From Dehalococcoidia bacterium (lineage in GTDB: Bacteria; Chloroflexota; Dehalococcoidia; UBA2979), in the NCBI GenBank assembly GCA_965219085.1, contig OZ244720.1, positions 32,001 to 96,000 of the forward strand: a stretch of 64,000 bases of DNA, read 5' to 3'. How positions within the stretch are numbered: position 1 is the first letter of the stretch; the number at the start of each line of letters is the position of its first letter. This document shows, one piece after another, positions 37,496-49,221 of this stretch. A model generated the notes under the pieces. The model was not told the DNA's origin. It ran no database searches and was given only the letters and a program-made list of their open reading frames with translations. The position numbers and the translations under genes are program-made.

Positions 37496-39091
37496 GTGAC
37501 GGGACCCGATCTGACGCTCGCGAACTGGCTGCTCGCGGCCGTGCCCGTGGTCGTCCTCATGGTCGCGATCTTCTTCCTGAACTGGAGCGCGCCGCGGGCC
37601 GGCGCCACGGCGTGGGTGCTGGCGCTCGCGCTCGCATTCCTCGTCTTCGGCGCGGCGAGCGACCACGTCGCGATCGCGAGCGCGAAGGGGCTGAGCCTGT
37701 CCGTCTTCGTGCTCAGCATCGTCTGGACGTCGGTCTACATGTTCAACCTCGTCGACAAGCTCGACGGCATCGACGCGATCGGGCGGGCGATGGCGAGGCT
37801 GTCGAGCGACCGGCTCGCGCAGGCGCTGCTCATTGGCTGGGGGTTCGCGAGCTTCGTGCAGGGCGTGACCGGCTTCGGCGTGCCGATCGCCGTCGCCGCG
37901 CCGATCCTGATCATGCTCGGCTTCTCGCCGGCGCGCGCCGCGGCGATGGCGCTGGTGGGGCACGGCTGGGCCGTCACGTTCGGCTCGATGGGCTCCTCGT
38001 ACTACACGATCCAGCTCGTCACGGGCATCGAGGGCCCCGTGATCGCGCCGCACATGGCGCTGCTCTTCGCCCCGGTGATCGTCGTCAGCGGCGCGCTGGT
38101 GGCGCACATCCACGGCGGGCTCGCCGCCGTGCGACGCAGCTTGCCGCTCGTGCTCGTCGCGGGCGCGGTCATGGCGGCCGGCATGTACGCGCTCGCCGAG
38201 GCGAACGCGCCCCAGATCGCGTCGAGCGTGCCCGCGGTGCTCGGCATGGCCGCGATGGCGCTCGTCGCCCGCACGCCGCTGCTGCGGCCCGAACCCGCAG
38301 CTCCCGCTCCACCGGAGCCCGAGGGCGACGACGACGCCCGGCCGATGCCGTTCTGGCTCGCGTTCATGCCCTACACGCTGCTGATCTCATTGAGCGTGAT
38401 CGCGCAGATCGGGCCGATCAAGGAGGCCTCCTCGGGGCTGCGCTGGGCGCTGGACTACCCGGGCTTCGAGACCGCCGAGGGCTTCGCGGTGGCGGCCGTG
38501 AACGACTACGCACCGATCCGGCTGCTCAACCACCCGGCGCCGCTCATCGTGTTCGCGCTGCTCATCAGCGTGGGCCTCTACATCGCGACCGCGCGGTGGC
38601 GGCGCGGCGTCGCGTGGGAGGCGCTGCGGCTCACCTACTCGCAGTGCCTCGCCACGAGCATCGGCGTCGCGACGATGGCGATGATGGCGGTGATCATGGC
38701 CGACTCCGGCATGACCGTGCTGCTGGCGCGCGGGCTGGCCGACGCTTCCGGGCCGGTCTTCCCGCTCGTCTCGCCGTTCATCGGGATGCTCGGGGCGTTC
38801 ATGAGCGGCAGCAACACCAACTCGAACGTGATGTTCGGCCTGCTGCAACTCGAGACGGCGCGAGCGCTGGACATCGGCCCCGTGACGATCTCGAGCATCC
38901 AGTCGGTGGGCGCCTCGGTCGGCAGCGCGATGGCGCCCGCGAAGGTGCTCGTCGGGGCGGCGGTGGTGGGGCTGTCGGGCAGCGAGCGCGCTATCTTCCG
39001 CATCGTCACCCCGTACATCGTGCTGCTCGTGCTGCTCGCGGGGATCGAGGCCTTCATCGTGATCGAGCTGCTCACGGGGCTGTCGAGGTGA
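37496..39091 (+). CDS. lctP: L-lactate permease family transporter
   Basis: Polytopic; GVTGFGVPIAV, AVTFGSMG and GAFMSGSNTNSNVMFG motifs. Confidence 0.88.
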   Translation: MTGPDLTLANWLLAAVPVVVLMVAIFFLNWSAPRAGATAWVLALALAFLVFGAASDHVAIASAKGLSLSVFVLSIVWTSVYMFNLVDKLDGIDAIGRAMARLSSDRLAQALLIGWGFASFVQGVTGFGVPIAVAAPILIMLGFSPARAAAMALVGHGWAVTFGSMGSSYYTIQLVTGIEGPVIAPHMALLFAPVIVVSGALVAHIHGGLAAVRRSLPLVLVAGAVMAAGMYALAEANAPQIASSVPAVLGMAAMALVARTPLLRPEPAAPAPPEPEGDDDARPMPFWLAFMPYTLLISLSVIAQIGPIKEASSGLRWALDYPGFETAEGFAVAAVNDYAPIRLLNHPAPLIVFALLISVGLYIATARWRRGVAWEALRLTYSQCLATSIGVATMAMMAVIMADSGMTVLLARGLADASGPVFPLVSPFIGMLGAFMSGSNTNSNVMFGLLQLETARALDIGPVTISSIQSVGASVGSAMAPAKVLVGAAVVGLSGSERAIFRIVTPYIVLLVLLAGIEAFIVIELLTGLSR

Positions 39092-39264
39092 TCCTGCTGC
39101 GCGACGGTACGCGCCGCCGGCTGCAACACATCGCCCTCGCCGGCATGGCGGCAAGCTTCCCGCTGCTCTACGTCGGTGCGGTGACGCTGGAGAGCGCGCC
39201 CGTGACGGTGGCGGGCCTGGCCGTGGCCGGCGTCACGGCCATCCTCGCCTGGCTGGCGTTCTGA
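39088..39264 (+). CDS. Small two-TM membrane protein
   Basis: 58 aa, two hydrophobic segments, GTGA-coupled to the permease. Confidence 0.6.
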   Translation: MILLRDGTRRRLQHIALAGMAASFPLLYVGAVTLESAPVTVAGLAVAGVTAILAWLAF

Positions 39265-39277
39265 CGCCGCGAGCGCC

Positions 39278-42200
39278 TCAGTCCCCGGCGGTGACGGCGA
39301 GGATCGCGAGTACCGGCGCGAGCGCCGTGAGCAGGGCGGGCACGGGCGCCGCGCCGGTCGCGTGCGCGTCGAGGATGGCGTCTTGCCGCCAGCGGCGCTG
39401 CAGCCGCGCGCGGCTGCGATCCCACCACTCGCGCTGCAGCAGCACCGTGACTCCCACGGCCAGCAGGAAGAAGCCCGCGACGGCGAGCATCACCCAGTAG
39501 GGCACGACGTCCGTATCGCGGTTCACCCACAGGAAGCGCAGCGCCACCCCGGACAGCGTCGCGACCGCCGTGACGGCGAGCCAGCGCGTGTTGAGCGCGA
39601 TCGCCAGACCGAGCAGCGCGATCCCCTCGATCAGCAGCACGAGGCCCCACCGCGCCCCGCCCGGCTCGAATCCCTGCTCTGCCTGCGGGAGCACCAACAG
39701 CCCGGCGCCCACGATCTGCAGCACCTCGTGCCAGCCGATGTTGTCGCTCAGCCGGTCCGTGCTGCGCATCGTGAGCCCGACGAGGGCGAGGTAGATCGCC
39801 GCGGGCAACGTGTGGGCCTGGACGTTGCCGGGCTCAAGCGTGGCGATGGCGAGTTCGAGCGCCACCATGGCGAGCGCCGACGCCGGCAGGTACGCCCAGC
39901 GCACCCCGAGCCGGTATCCCTCGAACGCCACGGCCCCGGCAAGCGGCAGGAAGAGCAGGGCCAACACCCGGAACTCGACGAGGGTTGCGGGCTCGGCGCC
40001 GAGCCCCTCGAGGCGGACCCCGAGCGCCCACATCGCGGTCAGCGGCCCGAGTATCAGGCCACTCCAGGCGATGGCCTGCACGGACACCTCGGGCCACGCG
40101 GCGCCCGGCCGTCGCCACCTCGTGAGCGCCGCGAAGACGCCTGCGCCCGCCACCGAGTAGGTCGCGGCGAGGGTCCACACGGGCCAGCCGAAGACCGGCC
40201 AGGCCGCGCCGACCACGCCCAGCAATACCGCGTGGGCCGCGAGCGCGGGCTCCCAGCGCGCCAGGCGCCGCGCCTCGATCGCCACGAGCGCCCCCAGCAC
40301 GAGCACGACGAGGATGAGCGCGCGGTACTCGACCGTGCCCACCATCTCGACGCCGGGATCCTCGATGCGCGCCCCGAGGGCGGCAATCGCGACGCCGATC
40401 GCCGCCGCGATCGGGAGCCACGAGAGCGCCTGCGCGGCCGCGAAGGTCTCTGTCTCGGCGTCGGACTCCGGCGGTTCATATCGCCGCATCGGCGTGACCA
40501 GACCGAACAGCGCGACGCCGGTCGCCGTGTAGCCGGCGGCGAGCAGCCACCACGGCCACGCCTCCACCTCCCACAGCACGGCCAGCGCGAGCATCGCCAG
40601 CGACACCCCGACGACCGCGAGGCTCCAGCGCTGCCGTACAGCGAAGACACCGAGGACGTGCGCGGCGGCCAGGCCGAGCAGGATCGCGTCGTGGCCGACG
40701 TGCTCCTCGACGGGGTGCAGCGATGCACCGACCGCGAGGAGCAGCGGCGGGAGGATCGCCCACAGCAGCGCGGGCCTCGCGCGCGCAGTGAGCACCATCG
40801 CGCCGGACGCCCCCGCGGCGATCGCCGCCGGTACCCACCCGGTGTCAGGGGGGCTCACTCCCTGCGCTCGCTGCGCGAAGCCGAGAGCCATGAGGGCTGC
40901 CGCGAACGCCAGCCAGCCGAACACGACGCGTTCCGCCGGATGGTTCGGCCGGGTGCGCGTGGTTGGCCCCACACCCTCGCCGGTCCACGGGGAGATCCCC
41001 TCTCTGGTGTTCATCCAGGCGATAGCGGCGAACAGGACACCCGAGCCGAGGAACGCAGCCACGGCAATCCAGCTGTCGCCTTCCAGGTGCGTGCCGACGA
41101 GCAGGAGCGGCCAGGCCGCCCCGGCGGTCGCCAGCAAGAGCGCTCCGAACCCGAGCTGCGGGCTCGATGTGATCCAGTTGGGTCTGCCGGCGAGCAGTAG
41201 TGCGCCGGCCACGAGAGGCGGGAAGCTGTACCACTCGGCTGCAACCTCGGCCGCTCGCAGGCCGGCAAAGGCAGTCATGACTGCGAGCGGGGCCACGGCC
41301 ACCGCGGCCAGACGTTCGCGTCGCGACACGCCGGCGACGCCGACGACTCCGAGCAACAGCCCGAGCGTGACGGGCAGCTGCCAGGGGTGTGCGTCGGAGA
41401 ACTGGGCGGCGCCAGCCGCGAAGAGCACCGCGAGGGTCGCAACCACGGCGATCACGGCCGTCCCGGCTCGGCTCAAGCGGCGCGCCGCGGAAAGCGCGTC
41501 CGTGGCGACGAAGGCGAACGCCACCCACCATGCACCACTCCACTCGAGCGGAATCCCCGCGGTGAGCGCCAGCGATCCCCACGCGCTGAGCACCGCAACC
41601 CCTGTCGGAATGGCGTACAGCCGACCGGCGCCGGCGGCGAACAGGAGCCCGTAGAACGCCGTGCTGTACAGGGAGGCGACGAACCACACGAGCTCGCCCG
41701 ACACCTCGCGGTCACTGAGCACCTCGTTGTGGAGGAGCAGGAAGTTCAGCGGCGTCATCAGGGCGCCGATGGCGAGGAAGGCCGGGCCAGCCTCGCGCAC
41801 CCGCGGCCACCGCTGGAGCACCAAACCGGCAGCCATGAAGGCGACGGTGTAGACAGCGAGGATCGCCACTCGCCACTCGCCGGCGAGTGCCTCCTCCTGG
41901 CTCGACACGAAGATCAGCGCCGAGATCACCAGCAGGAACGCGCCGACGTACAGCAGCACGTCGGCCTGGCGCCGCGCCGCCCACTCGCCGACGCCGGTCG
42001 CCGGCCGGGGTGTTGGAGGGCGCGGCCTCGCGAGCGGAGGACTGGGGGTGGCCGTTGGCGGCATTGCAGCGGTGGTAGCCGGCATCGTGGCCGGGGCCTG
42101 CGCTGCCGCGGGCTCCCGACCCGCAAGCAGGTCCGCGCGGCGGGACTCGTAGTACCCGGCGAGCCGCCCTGCGGCGGCGGCGTCGATCAGGCCGTCGGCG

Positions 42201-42367
42201 CGCCAACCCGCGATGGCGTTGAGCAGCGTCGCGATCGAGGTGGGGTCATCGGCGAGGCCGGCGGGCTCCCAGCCAGCGCCGCAGTTGGGGCATCGCTCGG
42301 CTTCGAGCGGACGTATCACGCCACAGGCAGCGCAGTACTGCGGACGGGAGCCCCTCGGACCGGCGAT
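39278..42367 (-). CDS. Large polytopic membrane protein (DUF2157/SCO7613-like) with N-terminal zinc ribbon; start at ATC 42367 proposed (ORF finder gives GTG 42319)
   Basis: About 1030 aa with many TM segments; CAAC-x10-CPNC; LLYVGAFLLVISA motif. Confidence 0.75.
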   Translation of the reverse strand: MAGPRGSRPQYCAACGVIRPLEAERCPNCGAGWEPAGLADDPTSIATLLNAIAGWRADGLIDAAAAGRLAGYYESRRADLLAGREPAAAQAPATMPATTAAMPPTATPSPPLARPRPPTPRPATGVGEWAARRQADVLLYVGAFLLVISALIFVSSQEEALAGEWRVAILAVYTVAFMAAGLVLQRWPRVREAGPAFLAIGALMTPLNFLLLHNEVLSDREVSGELVWFVASLYSTAFYGLLFAAGAGRLYAIPTGVAVLSAWGSLALTAGIPLEWSGAWWVAFAFVATDALSAARRLSRAGTAVIAVVATLAVLFAAGAAQFSDAHPWQLPVTLGLLLGVVGVAGVSRRERLAAVAVAPLAVMTAFAGLRAAEVAAEWYSFPPLVAGALLLAGRPNWITSSPQLGFGALLLATAGAAWPLLLVGTHLEGDSWIAVAAFLGSGVLFAAIAWMNTREGISPWTGEGVGPTTRTRPNHPAERVVFGWLAFAAALMALGFAQRAQGVSPPDTGWVPAAIAAGASGAMVLTARARPALLWAILPPLLLAVGASLHPVEEHVGHDAILLGLAAAHVLGVFAVRQRWSLAVVGVSLAMLALAVLWEVEAWPWWLLAAGYTATGVALFGLVTPMRRYEPPESDAETETFAAAQALSWLPIAAAIGVAIAALGARIEDPGVEMVGTVEYRALILVVLVLGALVAIEARRLARWEPALAAHAVLLGVVGAAWPVFGWPVWTLAATYSVAGAGVFAALTRWRRPGAAWPEVSVQAIAWSGLILGPLTAMWALGVRLEGLGAEPATLVEFRVLALLFLPLAGAVAFEGYRLGVRWAYLPASALAMVALELAIATLEPGNVQAHTLPAAIYLALVGLTMRSTDRLSDNIGWHEVLQIVGAGLLVLPQAEQGFEPGGARWGLVLLIEGIALLGLAIALNTRWLAVTAVATLSGVALRFLWVNRDTDVVPYWVMLAVAGFFLLAVGVTVLLQREWWDRSRARLQRRWRQDAILDAHATGAAPVPALLTALAPVLAILAVTAGD

Positions 42368-42396
42368 GGGTCACCTCCGGCGCGGGACGGAGCCTC

Positions 42397-45120
<2,724 letters not shown>

Positions 45121-45227
45121 GGTTGGGTCTCCCGCCGCTCGCCGCGCGCCGGTGTCACTGTCCGCCGTGCCCGGGGAGAGGGCGGTCGAGGCCGCACTGG
45201 CGATGGGCCGGAGCGCGCGCTGCGGCG

Positions 45228-45233
45228 ATTATA
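45228..45233 (-). promoter_or_regulatory. Consensus -10 box (TATAAT) upstream of ppdK
   Basis: Perfect TATAAT in a GC-rich intergenic region about 108 nt before the ATG. Confidence 0.5.
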
Positions 45234-45366
45234 CGGCAGCCGCGTTATCGCCCCACTCCAGTGCGATATGCCCTCGGAGCACCAACTCCAGGGAGGCCCT
45301 TATCACATCTCACGGAGCGTCAGGTGTACGCCGCCTGGCGACCACACCACAGGCTCTCGTCGTCGC

Positions 45367-46338
45367 TCAATTCACATTCGGGAGGCGGGACCACTCGTCC
45401 TGCTGTTCGAAGAGCAGGTCGTGCATCTCCCGGAACTTGCCCTCGCTCCCGGCGCACTCGGCAGCGGCATGCGCAGCCGCCGCGTTCGGGTGGATCTGCG
45501 TGAGCGGGAAGTGCAGGAAGGCGAGCGCGACGTCGTCACCGATGCGCGACCGGATGTCCGGGAGCGTGTCGTAGTACCAGCGCTGGCAGAACGGGCACTG
45601 GAAGTCGCTGAACTCGACGATCACGACGCTGGCGCCGGGGTCTCCCTCGGTGGGGGCGCCGCTGACGTCGGGACGTTCGGGGAGAATCGCGAAGGCGGGA
45701 GGGTCTCGCTCGGCGAGTTGCCGGATCGCCGGCGGATACTCATCGATGCTGGTCGGACTGCCTGCGAGTTCGGCGGCGATCAGCGCGGCGAACAGGGCGG
45801 CCGGCTGCGCGCCCGAAATCCGCTTGTTGTTGACGAAGAACGTCGGTGTGCCCTGGACGCCAAGATCGATTCCGCGCTGGAGCTGTGCTCCGATGGCTTC
45901 GTACGTGGCTGGGTCCTCGAGGCACTCGCTGAAGCGGTCGGCATCGAGACCGAGGGAGGCGGCATAGCCGCCGAGTGCTTCTCCGAGCGTAGCGGGGCGT
46001 GAAGGCGGCGCCTGTGTGGCAGGTGTGGTCTGCCCGGCGGGTGTGGCAGCCGGAGCGGGCGAGATCCGCGCGACATCGTCTGCCAGCGACTCGACGGCGG
46101 CGGTCAGGGCGGCGAGGGCCGGAGCGACGGGTTCGGAAGGAGCGTGCTCCTGATCGGCCAGGAAGATGGCGCCGACGATGGCCGCGGCGCCGATCAGGAT
46201 CGCGATCGGGGTGAGGAAGGAGGTCCAGAGTGGTGGGGGGATCGGCTCGTTGGTTGAGTCAGGAGGAACCGGATCACCGCGACCGGCCGTAGGGTCCGGT
46301 TCCGCGTCTGGCTCCTGTGGGGCGACATCCTCGGGCAT
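45367..46338 (-). CDS. Membrane-anchored DsbA/thioredoxin-fold protein, circularly permuted
   Basis: GVQGTPTFFVN..GAQP comes before VEFSDFQCPFC...HFPL..HPNA...GKF.EMHDLLF. Confidence 0.85.
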   Translation of the reverse strand: MPEDVAPQEPDAEPDPTAGRGDPVPPDSTNEPIPPPLWTSFLTPIAILIGAAAIVGAIFLADQEHAPSEPVAPALAALTAAVESLADDVARISPAPAATPAGQTTPATQAPPSRPATLGEALGGYAASLGLDADRFSECLEDPATYEAIGAQLQRGIDLGVQGTPTFFVNNKRISGAQPAALFAALIAAELAGSPTSIDEYPPAIRQLAERDPPAFAILPERPDVSGAPTEGDPGASVVIVEFSDFQCPFCQRWYYDTLPDIRSRIGDDVALAFLHFPLTQIHPNAAAAHAAAECAGSEGKFREMHDLLFEQQDEWSRLPNVN

Positions 46339-46469
46339 CGGGCGATGCTAGGGCGCGGGCGATGGCTCGGGCAAACGGGCCTCGTGGCGTCTGCTCCTCG
46401 ATGGAGCCTGCGAGCAGGCGGCCTCGTGGAGCGCTTGCCGCACTCTCCGCCTCGGCGGACACTCCCCAC

Positions 46470-47519
46470 ATGGTCTCCGCCGCCACCGCCCGCGTCCGCG
46501 CCGCCCTCGAGGCGCGCGAGGCGCTGCTCGCGCCGGGCGCGGCACGCGAAGGCGACTCCCCCGGTCGCGAACGGCCCGAGCCGCCCGACCCGCTGCGCCT
46601 CGCCTGGCAGGTCGACCGCGACCGCATCATCCACACCCGCGCCTTCCGGCGGCTCAAGCACAAGACCCAGGTCTTCGTCGCGCCGGACTCCGACCACGTC
46701 GTCACCCGCATGACCCACACCATCGAGGTGCAGCAGATCGCGCGCACGATCGCCCGCGCGCTCGGCCTCAACGAGGACCTGGCCGAGGCGATCGCGTTCG
46801 GACACGACCTCGGCCACACGCCGTTCGGCCACGCCGGCGAGGAGCGCCTGGGCGAGCTGCTGCCCGGCGGCTTCCGCCACAACGCGCAGTCGCTTCGCAT
46901 CGTCGAGCTGCTCGAACGCGACGGGCGTGGCCTCAATCTCATGGCCGACACGCGCGAGGGCATCTACATGCACTCGAAGGAGCTGTCCTCGGTCGCCGCC
47001 GAGGGCTGGGGCGTCGCCTCGACGCTCGAGGGCCAGATCGTGAAGCTCGCCGACTCGATCGCGTACCTCAACCACGACATCGAGGACGCCGTGCGCGCGG
47101 GCCTGCTCGCCGAGGGCGACCTACCCGACGCCGTCCACGACACGCTCGGCACGACCCACTCACAGCGCATCGACCGGCTGGTGACGGACTGCGTCGAGGC
47201 GTCGCAGGCAGCGGCGAACGCGTCGCGGAGCGCCGCGAGCCGCATCGAGCTCAGCGCCGAGGTGCTGCACGCCACCGACGAGCTGCGCGCGTTCCTGTTC
47301 GAGCGAGTCTACCTCGCGCCTCCGGTGATCGAGGCGGCCGAGCGCGGGCAGCGCGTGATCGGGGCGCTGTTCACGTACTACAAGCGCCACCCCGATCAGA
47401 TCGAGGGCTTCTCGCTGCCGGACGATCCGCCGTGGCGGCGCGCGGCCGACTACGTGTCGGGGATGACCGACGGGTTCGCCCTGCGCCGGGCTGCAGAGCT
47501 CGCGCTCAGGACCGAGTGA
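46470..47519 (+). CDS. dgt: Deoxyguanosinetriphosphate triphosphohydrolase-like HD protein
   Basis: DRDRIIH.RAFRRLKHKTQVF, TRMTH, GHDLGHTPFGHAGE, ADSIAY..HDIED and DYVSGMTD. Confidence 0.93.
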   Translation: MVSAATARVRAALEAREALLAPGAAREGDSPGRERPEPPDPLRLAWQVDRDRIIHTRAFRRLKHKTQVFVAPDSDHVVTRMTHTIEVQQIARTIARALGLNEDLAEAIAFGHDLGHTPFGHAGEERLGELLPGGFRHNAQSLRIVELLERDGRGLNLMADTREGIYMHSKELSSVAAEGWGVASTLEGQIVKLADSIAYLNHDIEDAVRAGLLAEGDLPDAVHDTLGTTHSQRIDRLVTDCVEASQAAANASRSAASRIELSAEVLHATDELRAFLFERVYLAPPVIEAAERGQRVIGALFTYYKRHPDQIEGFSLPDDPPWRRAADYVSGMTDGFALRRAAELALRTE

Positions 47520-47689
47520 GTCGGTCCGCACGGGCGGCCCGGTCGCTTACAATCGTGGCGCGCTGAGGGGACACGACCCGAGCCCGCTTGGCGCCGCTTC
47601 TGGCCTATCTCCCCCGATCCGGATCGCGAACCGTGCGCTCGACCCGCCTTGTGCTCGAACGGCGCGCGGCTCCTGACACGAGGAGCTAG

Positions 47690-48772
47690 ATGCCTGGCCG
47701 GGCCGGATCGTGCCTCGTCCGCGTGTTCGCCCTCCTCGCCGCATTCGCCGTGGCCGCCGCGCTCACGGCAGGAGCCGTGCTCCTGCTCCTCGACACCGAC
47801 GAGGAGGTGGAAGCGCCACCGCCCGCCGAGCCGACGGAGTCCCCTGCGCCGATCGCGGAGCGCCCCACGATGGCGCGGAGCACGCACGCGCTGGACGCGC
47901 CGGGGAGCGGCGGCTGGTCGCGCGGTACGCTGACCGCGGGCACGCCGCTGCGCATCGAGGGACGCTCGGCGGACAGCCAGTGGGTGGCCGTCACCGAGCT
48001 CGGCGCCGACGGCGCCTCGGCGGCCTCGCCGGTGGCGGGGTGGGTCCCCATCGACGCGCTTGCAGGCCTGAGCGACATCGACTCGCTGGAGGTGGTCGAT
48101 GCGCGGTCGTACCGGTTGCCGGTGGCGACATCCACCGCGGAGCCGGAGACCGAGGCACGTCCGACCCTGCCGCCCGACCTGCCGGACCTGGTCGTGCGTG
48201 AGGTCTTCGCGCGCGAGAACCGGCTCGTCGTCCTGGTCGCGAACGAAGGGAGCGGGGATGCCGACGGCGCGATCGAGGCCAGCGTCGACGGCGGCCCGTT
48301 CCGGCGCATCGACACCGGGAAGGCGCTGCGGCCCGGCGACGAGCTGGAGCGCACCGTCGAAGGGGCGTACGTGCAGCGCCGCTCCCGCGTATCGATCACG
48401 CTCCGCACGCCCGGCATGGAGGAGGAGAACACCGACAACAACGCGTTCGAGGGCGAAGTGGCGCCGGACATGTACAACGACATCGAGGTCCTGGGCGTCG
48501 CGATCGACCCGGACGGGGGCCACATCGTCGTCGAGCTGCGCAACAACAGCCCGATCCCGCTGGTGGGCGCAGTGACGCTCGCCGTGTACGAGTCGACGCC
48601 CGACGGTCCGCTGTTGCTGCGGGACGAGCTCCCGCTGGACGTGGAGGCCGGGGCGACGAGCCGCTACGATCTGCGGGCGTTGACGGACGTCGATGCCGCC
48701 TCGATCCTCGTGACCGTCTCGACCGACGCGATCAGTGACGCAGACAGCGAGAACAACACGTACCCGCGATGA
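47690..48772 (+). CDS. Membrane-anchored extracellular protein (SH3-like plus CARDB/Ig-like domains)
   Basis: N-terminal hydrophobic anchor, GRSADSQWV..GWV, LPDLVV..V.NEG and EENTDNN / DSENN endings. Confidence 0.6.
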   Translation: MPGRAGSCLVRVFALLAAFAVAAALTAGAVLLLLDTDEEVEAPPPAEPTESPAPIAERPTMARSTHALDAPGSGGWSRGTLTAGTPLRIEGRSADSQWVAVTELGADGASAASPVAGWVPIDALAGLSDIDSLEVVDARSYRLPVATSTAEPETEARPTLPPDLPDLVVREVFARENRLVVLVANEGSGDADGAIEASVDGGPFRRIDTGKALRPGDELERTVEGAYVQRRSRVSITLRTPGMEEENTDNNAFEGEVAPDMYNDIEVLGVAIDPDGGHIVVELRNNSPIPLVGAVTLAVYESTPDGPLLLRDELPLDVEAGATSRYDLRALTDVDAASILVTVSTDAISDADSENNTYPR

Positions 48773-49173
48773 CCACACAACCCGACGCCACCGCCCTCCG
48801 CGCCCGCCTCGAGGCGTCGCGAGCGTCGCTGCTCGACGCGATCGCGCGCCTCACCGAGCAGGACTTCGCCTTGGACCTCGGCGACGGCGAGAGCGTCGTC
48901 GGCACGCTGGCCGCGCTCGCCGCCGACGAGCGCGAAGCAGCCGCCGAGGTCGGCGGCGATGCCGTGGTCCTGCCGGGCCGAGAGTCGACCGCCTCGCTGG
49001 CCCCACAGGTCATCCACGACCTCGCGGGCGCGCGCTTCGAGACACTGCGCGTCCTCGACGCCGTCGAGGGCTCGGCCGAGCCAGCCGAGGCCGTGATCGC
49101 GGCGATCACCGCGACGGCGGAGCGCGAGGAGGCCGCGGCGGCGCGGATTCGCGCGAGATTTGCGAGCGAGTGA
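48769..49173 (+). CDS. DinB-like four-helix protein
   Basis: LEASRASLLDAIARLTEQDF...SVVGTLAAL pattern; ATGA-coupled. Confidence 0.55.
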   Translation: MTTQPDATALRARLEASRASLLDAIARLTEQDFALDLGDGESVVGTLAALAADEREAAAEVGGDAVVLPGRESTASLAPQVIHDLAGARFETLRVLDAVEGSAEPAEAVIAAITATAEREEAAAARIRARFASE

Positions 49174-49221
49174 CGCCGACCCGTAACGATCCGGCCGGAT
49201 TGGTGTCTTAACAGATAGACC

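Noticed and set aside
45241-45365. Lower-GC intergenic stretch, possible IS or gene remnant
   Set aside because: No terminal repeats, convincing ORF or stable structure that I could identify.
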